Shown here piece after piece: positions 9,165 through 16,626 of a stretch of 53,503 bases of DNA. The position numbers and the translations under genes are program-made. Each line of letters begins with the position of its first letter. Position 1 is the first letter of the stretch. The notes under the pieces are model-generated. The model made no database searches. It worked only from the letters and a program-made list of their open reading frames with translations, and was not told where the DNA came from. Source of the DNA: a virus (taxonomy: Duplodnaviria; Caudoviricetes); IMG/VR virus record IMGVR_UViG_3300032373_000014, positions 1 to 53,503 of that record; one strand, 5' to 3'.

Positions 9165-11147
9165 CTAACCCCTTCCGTTCAATATACTGATAGCTTGAGC
9201 CGCAGACGTTCGTCTGACTTCAGGCATCCGCTGGTCAATCATCGCGCCAATAGTCGGGCCGGGTACCAGATCGAAATAGTTGTTGACGTTGATGACAGGA
9301 GAACCGCCCGACATGGCAGATTTACTGTCCGCAGCGTTCATCACTGTGCCACTGCGGCTAGGCACTATTAGCTCGGGCCCTCTTTCACCCACGATAGTAG
9401 GCACGCCCGGCTGAATCCTACCCCCGCCAGCAAAACCTGGCAATATACCACCAATAAATGAACCAAACCCTTTTGCCAAAGGTGCTAGTAGCGCCTGCCT
9501 AATTACGAGCCTCGCTAGATCTTCGATCAGCTTCAGGAGGACTTTGTCAAATGCCTCCCCATCAAAAATCGCACGTTCAAAGTTACTTTCAGCAGCCGAT
9601 CCAAATGCGTCACTAAGCCTAATAGCCTCGTCTTGTTTTTTATTGCGGCGGTCCCAAGCTTTCTCTTCTCTATCGAGCGCGCGCGCGATGACCTCTCTGG
9701 CCTTTGCCTCACTTCCTACAAGTTCAACCATTTGCGGCATGATTTCGGCCATTCGCTCGCGAAGTCTAACAAGGGCTTCCTCTTTGGTAAGGGTTTCTTC
9801 TACAATGGTCGCAGCTTCGCTTCTAGATTGCTGCAACGCTGTTTCAGCTTCTTTGAGGTCGCCCAAAACTGTAACCAGATCAAATATCTGTTGCACGATT
9901 TCACTATTCTCTGGGTCATCAGGATCCAGCCCCAAAGCGGCGAACACCTTCCCCGGCTGAGTTTTCGCGGTTAGGACGTCAATCTCGGCTGATAGTTTTT
10001 TTATCAACTTCAATGCTCCTGGATTGATCAATTCAGGTGGCTCTGAATTGTCTCCTCCAGCCAATTCCTTTTGCTTTTTTTGAAGCTCCAGAAGCCCTTT
10101 TAGGGTTTCTTTCTGGCGCTGCAGGTCGTCGCTAAATCTGGCTAACGCCGCTGTTGATTTGTCCTTGTCAGATCCCGAATTAAACAGCCACTGAGAAAAG
10201 TTCATCTTCCCTGAATCTTGTTCAACCCTTTTAGTAAGGAGCGCGATGCGTTCTTCTAAGTCTGTCACCGATTTGCTTGTTGTGGCAATTTCTGATTCTA
10301 GGTCAGGAAAAAGAGTGTCGACTGAACCGGAAATTCCCTCTGCCAACGCCTGTACTGTACCGTATCTTCTTTCAACAGCGTCCAAACCTAAGCCAATAGC
10401 TGTAGATACCTTCGTCATTGACCTCTCGAAGTCGGGCGGAAGTTCCTCGAATTTTTTCTGAATTTCCTCTGTTTGAAGGAGTATAGACGAAAAAACTTCC
10501 TTCGAAGCAACCTTGCCCGCTATCACCATATTGCGAAGTTCGCCCGCGGACTTACCCATACCCTTTGCAATCGCTATCGCGACGGCGGGCATGTTCTCGG
10601 TTATAGAATTAAACTCTTCAGCGCGTAAAACAGAAGAATTCAAGCCTTGGGTAAGCTGAAGCGTTCCATTTTTCATCTGTTCGGCGCTTGCTCCGCTTAT
10701 CAAACCGAGTTGTTGGACGGTTTTCGAGAATTGCAAGAGTTCAGCATCCCCTGCTTCCAACTCTTTTCGCGCAAATGAAAGTCGCTGAAATAGCGTGATG
10801 GCACCCTCAAGGGAAGTACCCAGATCAAGCGTTGTATCGACAAGTTCTCGCTCGACCGCTTCAAGGGAAGCCGCATCTTGCACGACCTGCTTCAATCGCC
10901 CACGAAGCCGTGTCATATTGTTTGTGATCTGTATGGTAGTTTTGAGAAGAACCCCCAGGCCAAATACTCCCACAGCGGCCCGCACTCCTTTAGCTAGGGA
11001 AGAGAAGCCGGACGAGACACCCGAAAGATCCTTGCGCATTTTTTTGGCGTTTTTACTAGTCTCTTGAGAGGCGCCACGAATGTCCCGAATGAAGGCTGAG
11101 GTTTCACCACGAATTTCTACTGCAACGCCGTCAACTACCAAAGTCAC
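9165..11147 (-). CDS. Tail tape measure protein
   Basis: QL.QGL..SVLRAEEFNSI.ENMP tape-measure motif; C-terminal FA.GG...VGERGPEL. Confidence 0.93.
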   Translation of the reverse strand: MTLVVDGVAVEIRGETSAFIRDIRGASQETSKNAKKMRKDLSGVSSGFSSLAKGVRAAVGVFGLGVLLKTTIQITNNMTRLRGRLKQVVQDAASLEAVERELVDTTLDLGTSLEGAITLFQRLSFARKELEAGDAELLQFSKTVQQLGLISGASAEQMKNGTLQLTQGLNSSVLRAEEFNSITENMPAVAIAIAKGMGKSAGELRNMVIAGKVASKEVFSSILLQTEEIQKKFEELPPDFERSMTKVSTAIGLGLDAVERRYGTVQALAEGISGSVDTLFPDLESEIATTSKSVTDLEERIALLTKRVEQDSGKMNFSQWLFNSGSDKDKSTAALARFSDDLQRQKETLKGLLELQKKQKELAGGDNSEPPELINPGALKLIKKLSAEIDVLTAKTQPGKVFAALGLDPDDPENSEIVQQIFDLVTVLGDLKEAETALQQSRSEAATIVEETLTKEEALVRLRERMAEIMPQMVELVGSEAKAREVIARALDREEKAWDRRNKKQDEAIRLSDAFGSAAESNFERAIFDGEAFDKVLLKLIEDLARLVIRQALLAPLAKGFGSFIGGILPGFAGGGRIQPGVPTIVGERGPELIVPSRSGTVMNAADSKSAMSGGSPVINVNNYFDLVPGPTIGAMIDQRMPEVRRTSAAQAISILNGRG

Positions 11148-11325
11148 GCTGATCTCCTAACAATTCTAACAGACGTTTTTTTGTCATTGATTGCGGTTGC
11201 TCGGCTTCGTCAGGGTCACCACCAATCGAACGGACGTGCCCCCGCATAGCCCAAATCAATTCAGCCATTGTTGAGTTCCAGAATGATTCAGGTGACCATT
11301 TAAGAACCCCGAGCGCAAATTCCAA
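11131..11325 (-). CDS. Tail assembly chaperone T segment (-1 frameshift product)
   Basis: ALGVLKWSPESFW..T..EL motif; lies in the -1 frame of the upstream chaperone. Confidence 0.8.
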   Translation of the reverse strand: MEFALGVLKWSPESFWNSTMAELIWAMRGHVRSIGGDPDEAEQPQSMTKKRLLELLGDQRDFGS

Positions 11326-11339
11326 AAGCCAAGACCATT

Positions 11340-11738
11340 CTAAATCTTGGCTTTTCCCTTTTTTCCGGAGGCTTCCTTATCGGGCGTTTGCTGTGGGTTG
11401 AGAGTGTCTTGCACGCAAGCCAAGATAGCGATTAGGACTTCCCGAGTGTTATTAACTACTAAATTTTCTGCTTCTACGTTCGAGATTTCATCTATGGCCA
11501 GCAGCTGAAGAGTGTCCGCCAACGTGGAGTATTTTGGTGTGTCCTCGCCCAAGTGATTTTCGAGAAAACCTAGTATCGAGCAACCATATTTACTTTCTAT
11601 GCTGCGTATGGCTTTGAACGGCATTCTAAGCGTAATTTCCAGATTGTTTATTTGGCAAGTTATCGATCCATCGGTGACCACCACGAGCGGCTCCTTAATT
11701 TGACAGTTGCAATTTAATGTTGTTTCGTGACCACTCAT
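11340..11738 (-). CDS. Tail assembly chaperone G
   Basis: Position upstream of the tape measure gene; ends in slippery sequences. Confidence 0.75.
   Translation of the reverse strand: MSGHETTLNCNCQIKEPLVVVTDGSITCQINNLEITLRMPFKAIRSIESKYGCSILGFLENHLGEDTPKYSTLADTLQLLAIDEISNVEAENLVVNNTREVLIAILACVQDTLNPQQTPDKEASGKKGKAKI
11352..11364 (-). other. Programmed -1 frameshift site
   Basis: A AAA AAG and G GGA AAA heptamers in frame; the -1 frame reads SQDLEWSWLLEFALG into the T ORF with no stop. Confidence 0.8.
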
Positions 11739-11757
11739 CGGATTGGGGAGAGGTCGA

Positions 11758-12048
11758 ATGAAAAATACTTGGTACGTGAATTTCTGCTTAACGGTTATGA
11801 TGGTAGCCAGCCTTATTCCCGCAGCATTTACTATTTATCTTGGCTATATGCTGTTCGAGTATCGCGGCACGATTGCTTCGGTAAGGTCCGAACTTAGTCA
11901 GATATTCGGCAGTCAAACCGGGTCAAACCAGTACCGAAATCCGGGCCTCAGTGAAGAGTCCCAAAAGTATCTCGATGAAAACCGGGCAATGTTTGACACT
12001 ATGGACAAGCAAATGCGTGAGGAAGAAGAGAAAAAGAAAGGCAAATAA
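11758..12048 (+). CDS. Membrane-anchored moron protein, antisense to the late operon
   Basis: GGAGAGG RBS; N-terminal TM helix and charged C-terminus. Confidence 0.7.
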   Translation: MKNTWYVNFCLTVMMVASLIPAAFTIYLGYMLFEYRGTIASVRSELSQIFGSQTGSNQYRNPGLSEESQKYLDENRAMFDTMDKQMREEEEKKKGK

Positions 12049-12092
12049 CTCGTCTACAGACTTACTTCGAACCGCGCATTAAGCGACAACGC

Positions 12093-12428
12093 TCAAATAA
12101 TGAAGAACCCTATCAAAATAAAAATCAGCGCCCACAACAATAGACCGATGCGCTTCGCAGAAACGGGCTCTTCCGGACTCAGCCCAAATTCTTCCTCGGT
12201 TAGTGCCAGGTGTTCGGATGCTATTTCTCCGGATAGCGGCCCAGACGTATACACGCAACGGCAAAGTACAACGTCACAGTCTGACAGGGGCAATCGGGGT
12301 GTTTTGCCGATTTCCATTACCTTGCCATCATACTTGCTAGCAGCCTTACAGGACCGACCATCAAGTGTGCGGACAATACACATTCCATAGCCTTCAGGCA
12401 GGATAGATTCCCATTCACTCAGTTTCAT
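12093..12428 (-). CDS. Moron protein with C-terminal TM helix
   Basis: Inserted between the major tail gene and the chaperone; ends IGLLLWALIFILIGFFII. Confidence 0.65.
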   Translation of the reverse strand: MKLSEWESILPEGYGMCIVRTLDGRSCKAASKYDGKVMEIGKTPRLPLSDCDVVLCRCVYTSGPLSGEIASEHLALTEEEFGLSPEEPVSAKRIGLLLWALIFILIGFFII

Positions 12429-12507
12429 ATCGGTTCCCTTGTTTGAGAGCATGTAACGACGAAGCTACACAAAAAACCGGGACCGAGCAAAAAAGCTAGA
12501 AAATGCC

Positions 12508-12915
12508 CTATAGTGCCGTAAACGGCATATCGCCAGCATTCTCTAGTGAAATCGAGTAGGTGATTTCGCCGTCCTGCTCGCCTGCCATTTCCAAGCTCGT
12601 AATAGCAAGTTTACCTTCATAGGTGCCCCAATCCGGCACAAAAATTTGGGCCAACGGATGGGTTCTAGCCAGCAAATGCCCATGTACATCCGCGAAGGCA
12701 GCATCGTCCATGAAGACGCCGCTAGCAGAGGTGGACAAACCTAAAAAGCCAGCACCTTCGAGAGCCTCGGTATACGCCCCCGAGTCTTTATTCGTAATAT
12801 CAACACGAGCGCCGTTAATCGTGAAGTTATTGGACCTAAAACCACCAACGGGATTATAGGTGGCAGCACCGTCATGGATTTTTAAAACAAACTCTACGCC
12901 TAATTGAGCAGCCAT
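12508..12915 (-). CDS. Major tail tube protein (TP901-1/GTA type)
   Basis: MAAQ.G....LKI, VDITNKDS, G.F.D and GE.TYSISLE.AG motifs. Confidence 0.92.
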   Translation of the reverse strand: MAAQLGVEFVLKIHDGAATYNPVGGFRSNNFTINGARVDITNKDSGAYTEALEGAGFLGLSTSASGVFMDDAAFADVHGHLLARTHPLAQIFVPDWGTYEGKLAITSLEMAGEQDGEITYSISLENAGDMPFTAL

Positions 12916-13088
12916 TATTCAGTCTCCTTTTGGGGTGATATCTTTTCTCTAATTTCTTGGGCACGATTTTGCGCTACGGCGATGGCCGCACGGTCGCCAT
13001 CAAGCTTTTCGCCCTTGACCGCGTGAAACCCACGCCTCTTCCCACCGACCTCGTGAAAGGGGCCGGTTTTTGTACATTTCGCTTTCAT
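12915..13088 (-). CDS. Small hypothetical virion-module protein
   Basis: Coupled between the tail terminator and major tail genes. Confidence 0.55.
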   Translation of the reverse strand: MKAKCTKTGPFHEVGGKRRGFHAVKGEKLDGDRAAIAVAQNRAQEIREKISPQKETE

Positions 13089-13092
13089 GCGA

Positions 13093-13506
13093 TTAATCCT
13101 TTTCAAAAAGTTGGGTGCGATAAGTAATTCGGCCGCGATAAAATCGGCCGGTTTCGTCGGATTGTCTGATCACCCCTGCGGTAACGAGAACCGTATCGAG
13201 GATTTGAACATCAAGAGAGGCGGGTGGTGATGCCTTTATTGCAGCGTCAACAAGCCCCAATAGCTCTTTGGCCTGCATCTGACTTTCTTCGCCGGACCAA
13301 ACGTCAACGTCGAATGAAACCGTGACGGCATCTTTTGATTTTGTGCCTACACCCGTCATGTCCGTACCGCCGAGTGACCAGAATGGGTACTTGGCATCAG
13401 TTGGCGGCTCGTCATACCCGGCGGTGACGGCAGCACTAAGGCTTGCGTCAGCAGTGAGCACAGCAAAAACCGCCTCCTGAAGCTTGTCAGCCGCAAGAGC
13501 AGTCAT
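13093..13506 (-). CDS. Tail terminator (DUF3168)
   Basis: LQ.AVF..L.ADA.L, YDEPP....YP and VDVWS motifs; canonical position. Confidence 0.88.
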   Translation of the reverse strand: MTALAADKLQEAVFAVLTADASLSAAVTAGYDEPPTDAKYPFWSLGGTDMTGVGTKSKDAVTVSFDVDVWSGEESQMQAKELLGLVDAAIKASPPASLDVQILDTVLVTAGVIRQSDETGRFYRGRITYRTQLFEKD

Positions 13507-13521
13507 TTGTTTTCCTTTGGG

Positions 13522-13704
13522 TTAGTCTTCCGCTTGTGGCAGCGGCAGCCGGGTTACTTCACCCTTCGAACCTACGAAGATTAAACAACCGTCCTGATAG
13601 TCAAACTCCAAACCGACAGAGCAAGCACCGCTCTTAGGCGCGAGCACCCCGTCCCTGAGCGGCACGATATTATCTTCTGTTTTTGCCTTTTGCTTTTTTG
13701 GCAC
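13522..13704 (-). CDS. Small hypothetical protein
   Basis: 60 aa ORF filling the gap between neck genes, overlapping the gp10 gene end. Confidence 0.4.
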   Translation of the reverse strand: MPKKQKAKTEDNIVPLRDGVLAPKSGACSVGLEFDYQDGCLIFVGSKGEVTRLPLPQAED

Positions 13705-14137
13705 TTTTACGGACCGCCTTAATAGTTTCAGCGCGCAACATAGCAGTTATTTTTGGCTTTGTCTTATCGAGAGCCGGTTGCAAAGACGGGCGGGCCTCCA
13801 TCTTGCTTGTTCCTATCTCCAAATTCACCGCCTGGGGAGAGTTCGCGACGACCTGACCTTTATTTGGCTCGATAACAGGGTGAATACTTCGCACATGCGA
13901 TCCAGTGTCCGTAGCTGGCGCTTCACCTGGTGCCGACGCTTGATGCACTCTACTCGGGTTTGCCTTTTTGTACACTCTGCCGCTTTTCGTGCCCTGCTGT
14001 ATTTCATTCACGACCGCCGCATGCGTCATCAATGTACCCTTAGCTACGACTGTTTGCACAACCTTTGCCGCGTTTTTACTCAGTGCCGTAAAAAACGAAG
14101 TCGCTCCAAGTGTTGTTACCTTGGCACCCTTTATCAT
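13670..14137 (-). CDS. HK97 gp10-family neck protein
   Basis: HQASAPGEAPATDTG and LEIGTSKMEARP.L.PA motifs. Confidence 0.88.
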   Translation of the reverse strand: MIKGAKVTTLGATSFFTALSKNAAKVVQTVVAKGTLMTHAAVVNEIQQGTKSGRVYKKANPSRVHQASAPGEAPATDTGSHVRSIHPVIEPNKGQVVANSPQAVNLEIGTSKMEARPSLQPALDKTKPKITAMLRAETIKAVRKSAKKAKGKNRR

Positions 14138-14457
14138 GTCGTAATCTCTGTCGTCTTGAACTCTATTCTGCGGCCCTTCATGTCCGGGTCGTCAACGGAT
14201 CGCACCTTATAGAGAGTACCGTTTGCCTCAATCCTGTCAGCCATCAGGAACGCCGCGACAAAAGCAGTCTCAAACAAAACCGTCGTCGGATAAACCGTGC
14301 GTTCGCTAACCTGTACCGGCGCGTGATGCTTTGTTCTCACGCTCGCCATCTCCCTATCGGCAATAATAGGGTAGCTCACAACGCCTCTCCCGCCAGCACC
14401 TTGCGTTTTCGATTTCGCAAGTATCTTGATCGGTGTGGACCTGTTTCCAATGCTCAT
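14134..14457 (-). CDS. Head closure / head-tail adaptor
   Basis: Position and size; DRI...G..Y.V.SV.D motif. Confidence 0.7.
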   Translation of the reverse strand: MSIGNRSTPIKILAKSKTQGAGGRGVVSYPIIADREMASVRTKHHAPVQVSERTVYPTTVLFETAFVAAFLMADRIEANGTLYKVRSVDDPDMKGRRIEFKTTEITT

Positions 14458-15083
14458 ATGCGTTTGGTCCGGTAAGGATTTAATAGACTAGCTGCTCCGC
14501 TATCAATCAACGCAGCGCCGCCGTCATCGCCTCGATGTTCATACATATGTGCAACTATCTTTGTTATCGCGGCCCTCAGGTCAGATGGCACCTGATTCCA
14601 ATCGCTTCCGAAGCCCACAGAAGCGCTTATCCGCACCCCGTCGGCCACTCGGCCCGGTGTAGGCCATGAACTGCCAACATTAGGGTGTAAGCGGGCATCT
14701 ACGCCCGGCTGCAGATAGTAATTGGAGGTGTCCCAAATGGTTTCTGTGCCGTCCGTTGCTATTGTGACAATCGATGTTATTGATTGGATTGGGCGCACGC
14801 TGAAAGCCAATTCGCCCGATAGCCCGACCACATCACTAACCAAGCCTTCTCTGGTGCCGGACCACCACGACCCTTTGTTTTCAACTGGCCAAGCATCCAA
14901 GTAGATATTTGCGCCACGCGTGATCAAACATAGGCCAGTATGATTTTCTACAGCCGCCCGCGCGCCCGCGATAAGTGTACCGATGAAGGCATCCTTATCA
15001 CTGAATGAGATGTTCAAGGCATCCTTCACCGTTGCCAGCAAAACGGGTTCCCTTGCTGGTTGTGACGTAAATTCAATTCTCAA
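14454..15083 (-). CDS. Head-tail connector (phiE125 gp8-like)
   Basis: P..EPV.L..VK, AR..VE..TG and GFG.....VP.DLR.AI...VAHMYEHRG motifs. Confidence 0.9.
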   Translation of the reverse strand: MRIEFTSQPAREPVLLATVKDALNISFSDKDAFIGTLIAGARAAVENHTGLCLITRGANIYLDAWPVENKGSWWSGTREGLVSDVVGLSGELAFSVRPIQSITSIVTIATDGTETIWDTSNYYLQPGVDARLHPNVGSSWPTPGRVADGVRISASVGFGSDWNQVPSDLRAAITKIVAHMYEHRGDDGGAALIDSGAASLLNPYRTKRI

Positions 15084-15085
15084 TG

Positions 15086-15364
15086 CTACAACTCCATCAC
15101 ACGCACGGTCACCGAACGCTCGGCACTCCGGGATTGACTAGTGGTGATCTTGCAAACCGCCTGATATTCATAGCCGTTGACGCCTCCCGATAGGGTGGCG
15201 CCTCTTTTATTGCCGTCTTCGACCAAGGCACCGATTGTTATATTGCCGTCGTCGGGGCGCAAACTCCATGCTGCGCTAACAATCGTCTCACCGTTTGGTA
15301 ACCAGTCGGTCCAATCGATATTAAAATCCAACACACCATTTGGCGTTTTCGTGAATACACTCAT
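15086..15364 (-). CDS. Small virion adaptor-like protein
   Basis: F.K.P..VLDF.IDW..WL..GETI motif; ATG 15364 overlaps the upstream stop. Confidence 0.7.
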   Translation of the reverse strand: MSVFTKTPNGVLDFNIDWTDWLPNGETIVSAAWSLRPDDGNITIGALVEDGNKRGATLSGGVNGYEYQAVCKITTSQSRSAERSVTVRVMEL

Positions 15365-15810
15365 GATCTTAAAACCTCGAACCAACCTGTCGCGGGCGCC
15401 GCAACCGTAAACTCCCCGTTTATTGACTGTATAGCGACCGCATCGGTCGCAAGGTCCACAATGCCGATAACTCTCGCTCCAGGCTGCAAGGGTATGGCCC
15501 CAACCAGCAACGCCATGTAACGACAATAAGGTATGTGCACCGGGTTCCCGAACGAGACGTCGTCCGTCAGAAAGCGCGCGCCGTCGGCGATCACAGTCAT
15601 ACTCGCTCCTGTTAAAGCCGCAGGCATATAGTCACCGCCTGTAACCTCGCTAGTGGCAATCTGCGAATAGAAAATATCATTCACCAAATCAGGCAAAAAT
15701 GCATCGTTAAGCAGTATCGCCGATACCGGCCCTCCCGTAAGGCTCGAAAGCTGCCCTGAAAGCAATTCGGTTAGAAACGGACTAGATACCTGTAGGGGTC
15801 CAACCGGCAT
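15361..15810 (-). CDS. Hypothetical virion structural protein
   Basis: GGAGG RBS; EVTG..Y motif common in fibre-associated proteins. Confidence 0.65.
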   Translation of the reverse strand: MPVGPLQVSSPFLTELLSGQLSSLTGGPVSAILLNDAFLPDLVNDIFYSQIATSEVTGGDYMPAALTGASMTVIADGARFLTDDVSFGNPVHIPYCRYMALLVGAIPLQPGARVIGIVDLATDAVAIQSINGEFTVAAPATGWFEVLRS

Positions 15811-15821
15811 ATGCAGGCCTC

Positions 15822-16043
15822 CTAGATTAGGACGAGCCGGGCGTAGTCTTTCACGACAAGCGTCCGAGCTTGATTATTGGTAGAGACGATGCGGCGAGGC
15901 GCAGAAAAAATGCCGATCTCAGCTACGACGGGGGGGATATACTCAATAAATGACAGGCCTGATATCGCCGGGTTTAATACGACCATCGTATGTCGGGGGC
16001 TCGCCAAAACCCCGTCAGCGATCGCGCCGTTGCCAAGTGCCAT
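15822..16043 (-). CDS. Hypothetical protein
   Basis: 73 aa, abuts the upstream stop codon. Confidence 0.55.
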   Translation of the reverse strand: MALGNGAIADGVLASPRHTMVVLNPAISGLSFIEYIPPVVAEIGIFSAPRRIVSTNNQARTLVVKDYARLVLI

Positions 16044-16274
16044 TTATTTTTTAGCCGTTTTCTTTGCATTTTTTTTTGACTTAGCGGCCCGGTTTGCCTT
16101 GCGGTTTGCTCCCGGCGCTTTTGCTTGCTCGGCGTTCATCATTGCTTGCGCTTTCCGCATGCATTTGTTTTTTAGAACATAGCAAGAATTTGCCTTCTCA
16201 CCCGCTGCGACAACTTCGTTTAGAAGCTGACCCATGATCGCATACTCTTGCGCAGTGAATTCTTCTGCTGACAT
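16044..16274 (-). CDS. Hypothetical protein with Lys/Ala-rich tail
   Basis: AAGGAG RBS; 76 aa. Confidence 0.6.
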   Translation of the reverse strand: MSAEEFTAQEYAIMGQLLNEVVAAGEKANSCYVLKNKCMRKAQAMMNAEQAKAPGANRKANRAAKSKKNAKKTAKK

Positions 16275-16292
16275 GTCTGCTCCTTCTGTTGT

Positions 16293-16616
16293 TTAGAGTG
16301 CTGTAAAATCGAGCGCCAATGCTAGTGCCTTTAGGTCGTCTAATCCCGGTATGTGCACAGGGTGGCCCTCCGTACTTCTGACGGACGGCCCGCCGATAAT
16401 CATAGCTCCCTTGATGAGCTCAAATGTCGCCAGGTCGGCACCTTCGAGCGCCGGTATTTCTAGTGCTTGTCCCGCCGAAACTAGCTGTCCCATTTGCCCA
16501 ATGAGGTCACTCATTCTGCACATACAGGTTTCAATCTCTATACGCACCGCGGTTGCGTCAGCTATGAGTTTTGCGCCCGCGGAATTTCCAGCGGCGAAGT
16601 CTTCAAAAGCTGTCAT
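16293..16616 (-). CDS. Hypothetical protein (possible fibre chaperone)
   Basis: AAGGA RBS before MTAFEDF, directly after the fibre gene. Confidence 0.6.
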   Translation of the reverse strand: MTAFEDFAAGNSAGAKLIADATAVRIEIETCMCRMSDLIGQMGQLVSAGQALEIPALEGADLATFELIKGAMIIGGPSVRSTEGHPVHIPGLDDLKALALALDFTAL

Positions 16617-16626
16617 GGTTTTTCCT

